Shown in pieces: positions 1 through 12,332 of a DNA stretch of 62,000 nt; position 1 is the first letter of the stretch, and each line of letters begins with the position of its first letter. Position numbers and translations under genes: made by a program. The DNA is taken from assembly GCF_004010195.1 (NCBI RefSeq), contig NC_057751.1:19559994-19621993 (forward strand). The letters run 5' to 3'. The DNA comes from Chiloscyllium plagiosum (lineage: Eukaryota). A model generated the notes under the pieces. The model was not told the DNA's origin and did not search any database. It saw only the letters and a program-made list of their open reading frames with translations.

Positions 1-350
1 CTGCACATCCCTGGGCATTAGGGGACAATTTAGCACGGCCAATCCCACCCTAACCTGCACATCCCTGGGCACTACGGGACAATTTAGCACGGCCAATCCC
101 ACCCTAACCTGCACATCTCTGGGCACGACAGGGACAATTTAGCACGGCCAATCCCACCCTAACCTGCACATCCCTGTGCACTACGGGACAATTTATCACG
201 GCGAATTCACCCTGACCTGCACACCTTTGGACTGTGGGAGGAAACCAGAGCATCTGGAGGAAACCCATGCACACACGGGGAGAACGTGCAAACTCCACAT
301 GGACAGTCGCCCCGAGGCTGGAATCGAACCCTGGGCCCTGGCGCTGTGAG
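1..350 (-). mobile_element. HE1-like V-SINE with an internal 54-bp tandem expansion
   Basis: Reverse complement of the V-domain (tgtggagtttgcacgttctccccgtgtgtgcatgggtttcctcc) and tRNA B-box ggttcgattcc. 54-bp units start at 1, 55, 109 and 163. Confidence 0.85.
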
Positions 351-1178
351 ATTCCGCCCATTTCAAAACTCAAACGATTGCCGGAGTTGCTCCTTGCCAC
401 AAGCACAAGGGACCTACTTTGTCCCAGATCCTCAAAACTGTGCAGCTCCTCATCCTGTCTACTTGCTGCCTGACCTGCTGCGCTGTTCCAGCAATAAAGT
501 TTCAACAAGCACAAGGGACCTACTTTGTCCCAGATCCTCAAAACTGTGCAGCTCCTCATCCTGTCTACTTTTCCCTTTCTTGTACAATGTACAAATTTTA
601 AACAAAACTCAAGAAGAGATCTTTCCTTAGTCCCTTTCGCTGTACTTTCTTTATTTAAAAATGGTTTAAAATACTTGTCCATATCCATTTTAAAAGTTAT
701 CATTGATTCTGCTATTTCCAGTTAGCATCACCTTACCATTCCTCTTCATGGTTCTTTTCGCTAACTCTATTGAACCATGGTGATGCCCCACACTCCGAGG
801 CCCTATCCTTCTCAATTAAGAAAAGGCAAGCTGCTTATCAACTGCTCTAATTTCTTAACATTTCACTGCAGCTTTAAAATCTGGCCATCCATGTTCGGTT
901 GTGCCCTCCCCAGCAGTTGTCCACGACACACGTTAAAGCCTGAATTAAAGATATCAGAGTTGAAAGATTCCATTTAAGTTCATTGTCAGCATTGCCAAAA
1001 TAAATTGTTCTAAAGACCTGTCCTTTATTTCACTGTAGCAGCCCAGACACACAACCGTACAAGTGTGAAGGGAGTGGGTTCACTCCTTTAATCTCCCTCC
1101 CCACAACTGTATTTTAATAAACCGCCCTCTCACTTTTTTTCTCTCAAGAGAACCGTTGTTATTTACAGAGTTCCCAAC

Positions 1179-1952
1179 CTCGTATTTTGACAGCTGCCTG
1201 CTGTTCCCGCGCTTCCACTCGGATCGTCCACCGGACTTCCTGTTATCCTCCTCCTTCGCGGGATTATTATTGTCATCCGTTCGGAAGATGAGACCGACGG
1301 ATTTTGCAAACTTTTTATTCAGTTTCAAAAATTCATCGTGGTAACTTTTGGGGAAAGTCTTCATCGTGTGCCGGACGCTGTCTGTAATCGTCTGCGCTGT
1401 GTCAAGGTCCAGTTGGGTGGGGCTCTCTCGGGGAGATGTGGGGTCGTTGCCTGGGACGCTGCTGTCAGGTTCTGGCGGTTGGCACTCTTCACCAGAAAAC
1501 TGCACTGAGAAATTCTCCCTCCCATCGGATGGGGAGTTGGGGCTGATGCTCCTTGCTGATGCAGTGCTGAAGCTTTGCAGATGTTTGCCTTGCTTTGCCG
1601 GAGTAGCGCCTCTGCTGCTGCTGACCGGTCTCTTCTTTGACTCCCGTGAAGATGCATTAATCAGTTTCGACGCAGAGAAGCTACTGAGGGGAACAGAGGC
1701 CAGAGGCTGGTTGAAAACGGCTGGGTTCACGACCCACTCCTGCAAGGCCTTCTGGAGCCTTCGCACATGGAGAGGCTTCGTCGCCATGCCAACCAGGGAC
1801 ATAATTTCCAGGAACTCCTCCTCACCCGCCTCACTGAGCTGCTGCACATCATCCCCTCCCTGCTGGATGAAGGTATTATAATAGGGCAGCAGATGGGCCC
1901 TCTGCAGGACACGGTACAGCTGCAGTTCACCAAGGGTCCGTGGCAAAGACAT
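1179..1952 (-). CDS. NAB2: NGFI-A/EGR-binding protein 2, large coding exon (NCD1 plus N-terminal part of NCD2); exon spans 1179-1974, gene continues beyond the left edge
   Basis: Translation MSLPRTLGELQLYRVLQRAHLLPYYNTFIQQGGDDVQQLSEAGEEEFLEIMSLVGMATKPLHVRRLQKAL is NAB NCD1. YRVLQRA, MATKP, SARSxSP and LKLNKKxAxSVG match NAB2 rather than NAB1. Minus-strand acceptor ttactcacag| precedes 1974; donor GAG|gttggg follows 1179, at the same position as the LHE|LT junction of mammalian NAB genes. The neighbouring gene is NEMP1, as for mammalian NAB2. Confidence 0.93.
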
Positions 1953-2575
1953 TGCGGGGGACTCGCTGCTGAACCTGTGAGTAAACAACGCGGTTTTTAG
2001 TCTCATAAATCAGAATAAACCTCGTCCTTTTTCAGGGGAAGAACACAGGGGCGATATTTACCCCACACATTCTATCGAAAGAAACATAAAGTCAAGACAC
2101 TGGTGAGTGTCACCATTTTGCAAGCATTGCCCAACTGCTCTCAAGGTTTGTTTTCACTGGGCAGGCAAGGTGTTTATAATAAATGATCGGATCAACAAAG
2201 CAGTTAGTTCGGCGCTTTGTTTCATTTTTTGGCTTTCAAATGACGCTGGCCGGCTATGGCAGTAACTAGAGAGCCTCAGGACAGCCTGGCCAGAACGTCT
2301 GTCCATGGGGATGGCTCTGACCTGCTCAGCTGAATGGCTCCTGTGGCACTGGGAAGAGTGGTAGACTGGCAGAGGCCAGGGCCCAACTTGTAGGATTGGC
2401 AAAATAATTCCTGCTCTTTCTCTCAGCCCTGTACACATGATAAAGAATTCATGTTATGACTCTCACAGGCAGATACCAAAAATAGTAATCAAGGACTTTT
2501 TGATCAGTGCAGTTTTCATTGGGATCTCACCTAATGCTTGACTCCAGGGCATACCTTGGCAGCTAAACAATAAGC

Positions 2576-2785
2576 TGAAAATGTGTTGCTGGAAAAGCGC
2601 AGCAGGTCAGGCAGCATCCAAGGAACAGGAGAATTGACGTTTCGGGCATGAGCCCTTCTCCAGGAAAGGGTTCATGCCCGAAACGTCGATTCTCCTGCTC
2701 CTTGGATGCTGCCTGACCTGCTGCGCTTTTCTAGCAACACATTTTCAGCTCTGATTTCCAGCATCTGCAGTCCTCACTTTCTCCT
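2576..2785. mobile_element. Hairpin-shaped Penelope-derived (pseudo-LTR) element with 15-bp TSD
   Basis: Inverted arms gaaaatgtgttgctggaaaagcgcagcagg... / ...cttttctagcaacacattttc. TSD agctaaacaataagc at 2561-2575 and 2786-2800. The same sequence terminates the Penelope fragment at 25700. Confidence 0.8.
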
Positions 2786-4581
2786 AGCTAAACAATAAGC
2801 CCTGGTAAAAAATTGTTGCAGCTGTGCTGACTGGGGCAACCATGGAACAAGGTCATTGCTCACCCTTTGTTAATTTAAAAAAAGCCTTAACGGCAGATAG
2901 GACAACAGATGGTTGGGGTGGGGGTGGAAAGTAGCAGCTAGATCCCTGATCCACCTATTAGGAACAGCTGGAATCAATGCGTTATACACCCACTGGTGAC
3001 CCACAAGGAGTACAATTCTAGCATTGAAATCATATCTCCTATCAGTGAGGTATTTTCTATCCAACCTGTTCAGCGATGTTATTACACTTCTGGTGTAAGT
3101 GGGACTTGAACTTAGGTTTCTTGGTCCAGAGCTGGGGACATTACCAATGCACCACAAGATCCCCAAAGAGTGCAGGACCCCTGACTATTCCATTAACACC
3201 AGCTGGATCTTTAAACCATCCATTAACTATTGCTGAATCTCTAAACTGCAGGAGTTGGAAAAAATGATGCATGTGATCACAACATTAATTGGATAAAGTG
3301 AGCACTGGTGAATCTGATTCTTATTGCATCTTTGTAAGGGGAAAGGAGAATAGTAAAGGCGATGAAATAAAAATAGAAGTGACTAGATGACATCAAGACT
3401 AGCTTCTAAAAGTCTGTAGCACATAAAAATTGTAGTTTAATGATCGTGGAAAGGATTAGTCTTAATATCGATCTGGTGAGAAGGCAGTGAGCAGGAAGAA
3501 TTTGTAGGAGGGCATTTGGAATTTAGAAGGAACAACAATTAGAAAGGGTGGTTCGGAGGCAGAGATGGGAGACATGTCACTGATTGGCTGACCAGCTTTC
3601 TTTGCCTCCTCCCCAGGGGTGAGAGACAGGTATGAGAAGATCCTCCTCAAATGTAGGAGCAGCATCATGCCAAAATAAATTTAGTCTAAATATCACAATA
3701 AAATGGGCTCTGAGGGGAGGAAAATTGAATAATTACAAAGCAAACAGGAAATCTGCTTAATACTGTTACAAAACAAAAGCTTATATTTTACAACTTCTGT
3801 CCAGTACTTTCTCTAGTACTAGTCACCCATTGAAATATAAACATGTATTATTGGGTGATGATGCCGTACAACACTGTCACCACCATATTACAGCACCACT
3901 ATGTATTATATACAATCAATGTAAATTACACACTGTATTACATGCAGTGTATATATTACATCAGTCTGTATATGCATTACATTTAGCGATTATAGATTAG
4001 TGGACTGTATGATTGTTGCTAATTCAACATGTTTTTATGCTCCTGCACACAATCAACAGAATCCTCATCTTAGTTCAAAGTTGCTAAATTCAATCTGCCT
4101 ATTAATTAATTTTCTTTAGTGCAAAACTTCCACTTTATGATATTTACATTTAATTCAAATTATTGAACAATTTCAATATATCAGTGTAAAGCCAACTTGC
4201 AATTAGCAGAACAGATTATAGAATATACCATGCAGTTGTTTTGGCAGATGTGATTTAGTGTCAGTTAATTCTGTGGCTATCTTAAAAGAACTTTCACGCC
4301 TTTTCCACCGTTCCCAGCCCCACTAGAATACGAAACCTTGCAACTATTGTCAAGCCTGAGTGACAAGACGATGTGTCGTTGGGGGTACTCTATGAAGCAG
4401 GAGAAAATAGAGAGTACATTTTCTCCAAAACAAAAACAGAAATTGCTGGAGAAACTCAGCAGGTCTGTCAGCATCTGTGGAGAGACAGCTGAGTTAACGT
4501 ATAGAGTCCAGTGACCCTTTATCAAGGCTGAAACCTCTGAATTAGCACAGTGTGAAATATACCAGTCTAAATCTCCTTTAC

Positions 4582-5020
4582 CTTAATGTTGATTCTTGAT
4601 TAAAGTTGTCCTGCGGACTCTGGCGGTCAGACCGGCTGATGTGATGTTGGATAGTTCCTGTGAGATCTCAGTCCTTGGGAGCACCCACTGACTAAAATGA
4701 ACGAAGACCTGATCTCTGTGCCGCTTCCACCCCGTTGCTACTTTCTGATCTGCCGTGTAACTGATGGATGTTTTTTGTCTGTTGATCTTTTGCTGGAGAG
4801 AGTTCTGGATATTCCCGGCTCGGTTCATGCCTCCTACACGAGAGAGAGGTTGGCGAATGACGCGTGTCCGTCCGGGGGAGGAGGCGGGGGTGGCGTGGCG
4901 CCCAGATCTAACCGAAAAATAATATCCTTCCCCCGGGGAGACATTCGAGAAGAGGGCGGCAGGAGGCAGCAGGCAGAAGACAGAATGGAAGCTTTTGTCC
5001 AATACTGAAGACACTAACCA
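4582..5020 (-). promoter_or_regulatory. NAB2: Probable NAB2 first (leader) exon and CpG-rich promoter region
   Basis: Locally CpG/GC-rich island in CpG-poor DNA. Minus-strand donor TTAAG|gtaaag at 4582/4581. G-rich EGR/Sp-like tract at 4875-4900. The 5' boundary is uncertain. Confidence 0.55.
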
Positions 5021-5156
5021 CACACAAATAACTTCTTTTGTTCATTTTTTATTAAAAGCATCTGAACTTCTATCAGCAAAATGTTATATTGAAAGAAGCA
5101 GCTTTTTATGATAAAAATGTTTGGCTTTCTTGCATCAAGGACCGCATACAGTATAT

Positions 5157-5600
5157 ACGTAGCTCAGTGACAACACTGCTGTCTCAGAATCAGAAAATTG
5201 TTAGCTTAAATCCCACTCGAGATTTAAGCATAAAGATCCCAGCTGGCACTACTGTAGAGCAATGCTGAAGGTGTTCCACACTGAGGGTCAGTGCTGGGGG
5301 AGCGGGCACTGTCAGAGGGTCAGTGCTGAGAGAGCGGGAACTGTCAGAGGGTCAGTGCTGAGGGAACGGGCACTGTCAGAGGGTCAATACTGAGGGAGCG
5401 GGTGCTGTCAGGGGGTCAGTGCTGAGAGAGTGGGCACTATCAGAGGGTCAGTGCTGAGGGAGTGGGCACCGTCAGAGGGTAAGTATTGAGGGGATGCTGA
5501 ACTACTACAAGGTAATACTGAGAGAGTGTTGCATTATCAGATGAACCATTAAAATGAGACACTGTCTGCTGACTTAGGTTAACGTCAAGGGAAAGAGGAG
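5157..5600 (+). repeat. Deu-domain (SacSINE1-like) SINE with a 32-bp minisatellite (about 7 units, 5284-5530)
   Basis: tRNA-like head (tagctcagtg...aaatcccact) followed by units of gagggtcagtgctgagggagcgggcactgtca, resembling the Deu-domain segment gtactgagggagtgctgcactgtc. Confidence 0.7.
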
Positions 5601-5845
5601 GAGGTCGAACCAAATATGAAGGAAGTTGTCTACAATCAACAGGAGCTGGACATTTTGGTTATTGTTTAATTGAGTTTATTGGTAACATATTTGACCAATC
5701 TAGTGCTTGATCTTAATGAAGCTTCCATTTTTGGGGAATAAAGTAACAAAGTAGTTCTTTGGTTTTGTTTTCACTATTTTCCATTCTTTTCTTTCTCAAC
5801 CTATTAAATTTATAATCAGTTTCTGTAACCATTTTAACTTTTTTA

Positions 5846-6019
5846 AGTCGAGAGTGTGGCACTGGAAAAGCACAGGTCAGGCAGCATCCGAGGAGCAGGA
5901 ATGGCTTGTGCCCGAAACATCGATTTTCCTGCTCCTCGGGTGCTGCCTGATACACTGTGCTTTTCCAGCACCACTCTCTCGATTCTGATCTCCAGCATCT
6001 GCAATCCTCACTTTCTCTT
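5846..6019. mobile_element. Older hairpin Penelope-derived element
   Basis: Same ctggaaaagcacag..ggtcaggcagcatcc / gctgcctga..gtgcttttccagc inverted arms and tail tccagcatctgcaatcctcactttctc. Confidence 0.7.
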
Positions 6020-8112
6020 GTAACTATCTTAAATCAGTATTTGTGAGTAGAAATAAATGAAATCCATTAAGCATAGCAATTTTTTGAAAGTCATTGAATT
6101 GTTATCTGGTAATTCAAAGGTCAAAACAAACTGTAATTTTGCCTACGTGTTTAAAGCAAGAAAGTCTTAATTGCATTAATGCTGGGGAGTTTTCCCTGGT
6201 GATTCATAATATTTGTCCCTCAGTCAACATCATAAAAGCTGAGCATCTGGTTATTATCGCATTGTTGTGCTTGTTCTGAACAAACTGGCTGTTCATTTCC
6301 TTCAAAAGTACTGTAAATCTGTAAAATGCTTTTGGACATATTGAAGTCATGAAAAGTACTAAATTGCAGAGTCTTTCTTCTTAATATCTAAGCTGTCTAA
6401 CATATTGGATGTCATGATGGGATTTGTGCCAAAATGCATCAAGATGACCAAAACAGGCACAAAATGTGATTCTCCCTTTGTCATAACCTCAGTGAGTGAC
6501 AGGTGGCAACCTCAGCAAAATGGGGCAAATGGGTCTTATGTAGTTTTTGACCTGGTTTTGTTTAAGGTGACATAGTATTTCTAACACACTCTCCATTGCT
6601 CTTCTTAGGTCAGTTTTTCAAAGTTGTTAATTAACTTTACAGTTCAAATACTACATAGAGCAGAGAAAGTAAAAAAGTTTGTCTGGTCCATCAAGTCCTC
6701 CCTTTCTATAGCCCATGTATATTCTAACTCTAACATAAAGTGTACCTTGCTAGTCCTGTTGTTGGGATGCATCAGAATATCAACAAAACAGCCCTTACAA
6801 GCCTCCAAGGCAATTTGGAAAAACGAAATGAATTCCTAACCTCATCACTGCACATCAGTGGGCACATTCTGGCTGCTTGACAATGAACACCACTTGCTTT
6901 TAACTAGAGGCCAGATTTAGTTGGAGGGATTTTAATCACAAAAAAAGTAAGTGGGTTTGGGCTGGGGAGAGTGGGTTAAAGTCCATTCTTGCTTTAACTG
7001 ACATACTGAAAGGGGCTGAGTGACCCAAACTGCTCCAAGGAGGCAGATAGGTATTTTAAATATGATAATGATCCAGGAGGTGAGCAACATTATGCTTATG
7101 TCCTGGAGCCTGCCTCTCGACCTGGACAGTTCCTGCAATCAGACAATCCCCGAGGTTTCCCCATGTGGCTGCCAATCACTTTGCCAGGCCTCTAACCTTT
7201 CCCCCACTAATCCCACAACCTTCCTCTGACCGTCCCCCTCACAGGCCTTTGCAATTCCCCACCACCACCATGGGACAATGGGCATCCTAAGCGGTGGGAT
7301 TGCTTGCAAACCCCTCAATGGTGTGGACTTACCTTGACCTATGTTCTCTACCAACCTCTTCCCCATCTGTCTGGAATGCAGATATTTTTTATTCAATTTG
7401 TTGAAAGATAGGCTGCGTCTGGGCTCCTGAGCCCAGGGTCAGTCCATTCCGTCTGCTTTTCTTTTTTCTTCTTTTCTCTTTCTTTTACCTTTTTAGTTTT
7501 TGCTTCTACTTACCTTCTGGGGAGAGCTCAGTCAGAGCAGCATCGACAAGGAAGGCAGCTTTGTCAGGACCTGGAATATGGCGGCAGCTGGTAAGCCAGG
7601 AGCAGGACTCTGGCAGCAGTCTCGAGGAGGCAACTACTTGGAGAGGCGAACACAGGATCTGGCATTGGCTGCTACATCAGTAAGGCAGGCCCAGCGGGAA
7701 AATATGGTGCCTGAGGAATGGCAACTTCAATGTTGTTTGGGTCCATGCTGGTGATGTCGAAGCAGTGGTGGAAGAGTTGTGGACTCTCTCATGTTTTTTT
7801 TCATTATTCTTAAACTATTCAAAACGGCACTGGATCATGGCAACAGTGGAAGCTTTTCACTGCATTTATTGTATTTTTTCACTGTAAAATACACGTGACA
7901 ATAAAATCATTCATTCAGATGTTATTACGCACCTTCGGAGCAAGTGGAACTTGAACCTGGGCCTCCTGGCTCAGAGGTAGGAATGCTACCACTACACCAC
8001 AAGAACCCTCTGACTGGAACCCAAGCCTGATCAATGAGCACTTGCTTTGCAGTTCAAATTCTAAATTGAGTGGACAAATCTTGACTTCTGGGACCCCATA
8101 CCTTTCTAACCT

Positions 8113-8728
8113 GTATATTGGTCAGAGCATTGCGTATAGGAGTTGGGAGATCATGGAGAGGACATTGGTTAGGCCATTTTTGGAATATTGTGTGCAATTC
8201 TGGTCTTCCTCCTATCGGAAGGATGTTGTGAAACTTGAAAGGCTTCAGAAAAGATTTAGAAGGATGTTGCCAGGGTAGGAAGATTTGAGCTATAGAGTGA
8301 GGCTGAATAGACTGGAACTGTTTTCCCTAGAGCATCAGAGGCTGAGAGGTGACCTTATAGAGGTTTATAAAATCATGAGGGGCATGGATAGGGTAAATAG
8401 ACAAAGTCTTTTCCCTGGGTGGGGGAGTCCAGAACTAGAGGGCATAGGTTTCGGGTGAGAGGGGAAAAACTTAAAAGGGACCTAAGGGGCAACTTTTTCA
8501 CGCAGATGGTGGTGCGTGTATGGAATGAGCTGCCAGAGGAAGTGGTGGAGGCTGGTACAATGACAACATTTAAAAAGTATCCAGATGGGTATATCAATAG
8601 GAAGGGTTTGGAGGAATATGGGCCGGGTGCTGGCAAATGAGATTAGATTAGGTTAGGATATCTAGTTAGCATGGACGAGTTGGACCGAAGGGTCTGTTTT
8701 CAGTGCTGTACGTCTCTATGACTCTATG
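8113..8728 (+). mobile_element. CR1/HER1-type LINE, 5'-truncated 3' end
   Basis: LVRPFLEYCVQFWS, RLRGDLIEVYK and RTRGH motifs of the CR1 ORF2 C-terminus; 3' tail ctctatgactctatga. Confidence 0.9.
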
Positions 8729-10204
8729 ACTGGATTCTCAGTGGCTCAGGTAAGTACAAATCCAGGCTATTGTCACAGCCACAGGAGGGACAGAAAAAGG
8801 AAAAACAGACAGGGGAAATAAAGCTTCAAAGCAAGTTAATACAATCTGGGAGAAAAATGACAAACTGGATCATTTATCAGAATTTTTAAGATGTCCATAG
8901 AAGGAGACCATAAGCAGCAATTATATTAATATCAGTCCTGTGTTTGTGTACTTGATGCTGCCAGTTATCCTCCAGAATTTGTGATTTGATTGGAACCACT
9001 GAGACGTCAACAAAACTGACTAAACATATGCCTGTGGGAAACATTTAGCACACTGATAAAATAATACATAATTCAGATTCTCTTCAGTGACCTTACAACC
9101 AGCTGCAAAGAAGAGGGCGAATAATTCAGAAACATTTCAGTAACTGGTTTGAAGTAAAATTGTTGCACAGTAAGGACATTTGCACAGAATTAAAATGTGA
9201 GGGAGAAAATGTGTCATTTTAATAATTTTACACAAAATATAATGGCAAGTTTGCTATCACTGTGTGCAGGACATTTGCTGGCAGCGAATTGTATGAGTTG
9301 CACTAATTAAGCAATTTGATCACTTTCCTGTAACTTCAGACTTGCAATAAGGAGCAAAAATGTAAAGTTCATATCCTCAGTCCAGTGACCCTTCTTCAAA
9401 ATGGTGCAATTCGAAAGAAGGCATGCTGGACCTGAAACATTAATTCGGTTTTCTCTCCACAGATGCTGCCAGACCTGCAGAGTTTTCCCAGTAATTTCTG
9501 CAGTTCTTTGATTTCTTTTCTGTTTAGTCTTTAAATCTTGGGTTTGTCTTCAATGACCTAGTTCTGCATGCACTGTTCATGTTTAGCTTCCAACAACTCA
9601 TTGATGAGCTAAAAGTATGTTTTGCTAATATTAACAAATTGAGGGGTTATAACATTTTCCCAATTACAGATGTTAAGCTAACTAGCCTACAGTTACTGGT
9701 TTTTGGCTCCTTCCTTTAGGAATAAGGATATTACATTGGCAGTTTTCTAATGCTTTCCAGAATTTTAGTATTCTTGGAAGATTATCACCAGGCATTCACT
9801 ATCTGTAGCTACGTCCCTTAATATCCTAGGATACAACCCACAAGGTCCAGGGGAGTTATTGGCTTTTAGCCATTAGTTTCCATAGTACTTTTTATCAAGA
9901 GATAGATATTGTTTTATTTCCTACCCCCTTTTACTCCTTGATTATTTAGCATATTTGGAATGCTGTTAGTGCCTTCTACAATGAAGATTGATACAAAGCA
10001 TTCATTCAACTCCTCTGCCATTTCCTGGTCCCCCATTATTATTTCCCTAGCCTCATTCTTTAAAGGTCTATGTTCACTTTGGCCTCTCTTTTCCTTTTAA
10101 TCTATTTAAAGAAGCTCTTACTGTCTATTTTTATATTACTTGCTAATTCACCCTCAAAGTAATTTTTATTCATCTTTTATTGATTTGTAAAACTTTCCTA
10201 ACAT

Positions 10205-10830
10205 TTAGCATGCTTGCCTTCATCAGCTGGAGCATGGAATCCAAGAGTTGGCAAACCATGTTGCAGTTATATAGAACCCTTGCGAAGCCGCATTTGGAAT
10301 ATTGTGTGCAGGTTTGGTCGCCACACTACCATAAGGATGTGGAAGCTTTGGAGAGAGTGCAAAGAAGGTTCACCAGGATATTGCATGGTCTCAAAGGCAC
10401 TGGCTATGAGGAAAGGTTAAAAAGACTAGGACTGTTTTCACTGGAAAGACGGCAACTGAGAGGGGACCTGATAGAGGGCTACAAAATAATGAGAGGCATA
10501 GCTAGGGTAGATAGTATAGGCTTTTTCCAAGGATTGAAGTTTCAATTACAAGGGGACACAGGGTCAAGGTGAGAGGGGGGCAAGTTTAAGCAAGATGCAT
10601 GAGGGAAGTTTTTCATGCAGAGAGTGGTAGGAGCCTGGAAGGCATTGCCAGAAGCAGGCATATTGGCAACATTTAAGAGGCATCTGATTGGTTACATGAA
10701 TAGGGAGGGAATAGAGGGATACAGACTGAATAAGGGCAGAAGGTTTGTTTTATAGTTTAGTTAGGGCATGATGATCGGCACTGGCTTGGAGGGTTAAAGG
10801 GCCTGTTCCTGTGCTATACTTCCCTTTTGC
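10205..10830 (+). mobile_element. CR1 LINE 3' fragment nested in the older CR1
   Basis: LYRTLAKPHLEYCVQVWSP...LERRQLRGDLIE in ORF 10180-10572. Confidence 0.85.
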
Positions 10831-11359
10831 TCTTGTTTCCCATATTCTAACTTACCACTAATCATTGCCACATTACATGTTTTCTTTTCTTTTAATTTTA
10901 TACTATCCTTAACTTTCGTGGTTAATCATGGTCTGTTTATCTCCCTCCCTAGAATCTTTCTCCTTCAGAGATATATCTTTGTTGGTGTGTCATGAATTAT
11001 TTTCTTAAACGTCTATCATTGATCTTCTTTTCTGCTAAACTACTTTCCCAGTCCAGCCAGATGACTCTGCCCTCATTCATTTGTAATTATGTTTTCCACA
11101 GTTGTTGCTGACCCACGCTTTTCACTCTCAAACTGATGCTAAATTCTACCATGTTATGGTCACTGTTTACGAGGGGATATTTTACTTTGAGATTGTTTGT
11201 TAAACCATTACGCATTGACTGATCTATAATAGCCTGAACCCTGGTTGGATCCACAACATAGTATTCCAGGAAATTTCCCAAATACACTCTATGAATTCTT
11301 CCTCATGGTTACCTCTAGCAATTTGATTTTCTCAGTGTACATGAAGATTTTAAAAAGGC

Positions 11360-11570
11360 AAAGTCATCATAATCTTACCAGATGATAGAGCTGCTCTCTC
11401 ACTGGATAGCAACAACTGGTGGCAGTTTAACCTGAAGTTCACGATGCCTCAGGCGAAGGGAGAGGTTGACAAGGAGAATCCTTTATTGGTAACAGCTGGT
11501 GTGGTAATTGAACCCATGCTGTTGGCATCACTCTCATTGCATAACAGCCATCCAGCCAACTGAGCTAACT
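11360..11570 (-). mobile_element. tRNA-derived SINE (second copy at about 36820-36992)
   Basis: Minus-strand head ttagctcagttggctgg...gggttcaatt (A/B boxes). A homologous copy is present at 36820-36992. Confidence 0.65.
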
Positions 11571-12332
11571 GACTTTATGAAGATTAAATTCACCCATGAT
11601 TAATATACTGCCTTTTTTTTAACATGCCTTCATTATCTTCTGGTGCATTCTCTGTCCTACAGTGTAGTTACTATTGGGGAACCTATTATCTACACCTACC
11701 AGTGTCTTCTTCCCCTTGTTCTATTTTACCTCCACCCATATGGATTCTCTATCTTCCAATCATTTCTTGCTATTGTATGTATTCCATCCAGTACTAATAA
11801 AGCTACCCACTAACTTTTCCTTCCTGTCTGTCCTTTTAAAAAGCCACTTACCCTTGAATATATATAGTTCCTAGCTTTGATCTCCTTGTAGCCATGTCTC
11901 TGTAATGACTAGAATATCTATTTGTACTGTTAATGCCTTTATTTTGTTCCAAATGCGACATGCATTTAAGTAGAGCCATTATCACTTTTTATCACTTTTC
12001 CCACCTTTGATCCAATTTGCTGATGTTTTTCTATGTTTGAACGCTCTGCCCCTTCCTATCCGACTCTGGGTATCATTATGTAAATAGCTGCCCTGAAATG
12101 CTGTCATAATCTCTTGCTTTGTAAGCCTATGTATCCCCTCCATTTAGTTTAGAGCCCTCTCTACAGCACTAGTTATTCGATTCACCAGAAGCCTGATCCC
12201 AGCATGGTTCAACTGAAGCCCATCCCACTGGAACAGCTCCCTTCTACCCAAGTACCCAAGTCTCCCGTTTCCCTTCTATTCCCTTCACTGGTACCAGTGC
12301 CCTGTGAACTGAAACCCATTCCTCCCGCACCA

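Noticed and set aside
1..570. Repeat-spacer patterns resembling a CRISPR array
   Set aside because: Vertebrate DNA with no cas genes; the units are SINE-derived tandem repeats and a target-site duplication.
1348..1881. 177-aa plus-strand ORF
   Set aside because: Antisense shadow of the NAB2 exon with no recognisable domain.
1080..2006. The full 308-aa ORF as a single-exon gene
   Set aside because: The first ~10 residues (MRLKTALFTH) lie upstream of the acceptor at 1975-1976, and everything after KYE is intron read-through past the donor at 1178.
3076..3160. tRNA-like sequences (also 7920-8005, 11500-11570, 18772-18805)
   Set aside because: Decayed tRNA-derived SINE heads attached to repeat bodies; no complete cloverleaf found.
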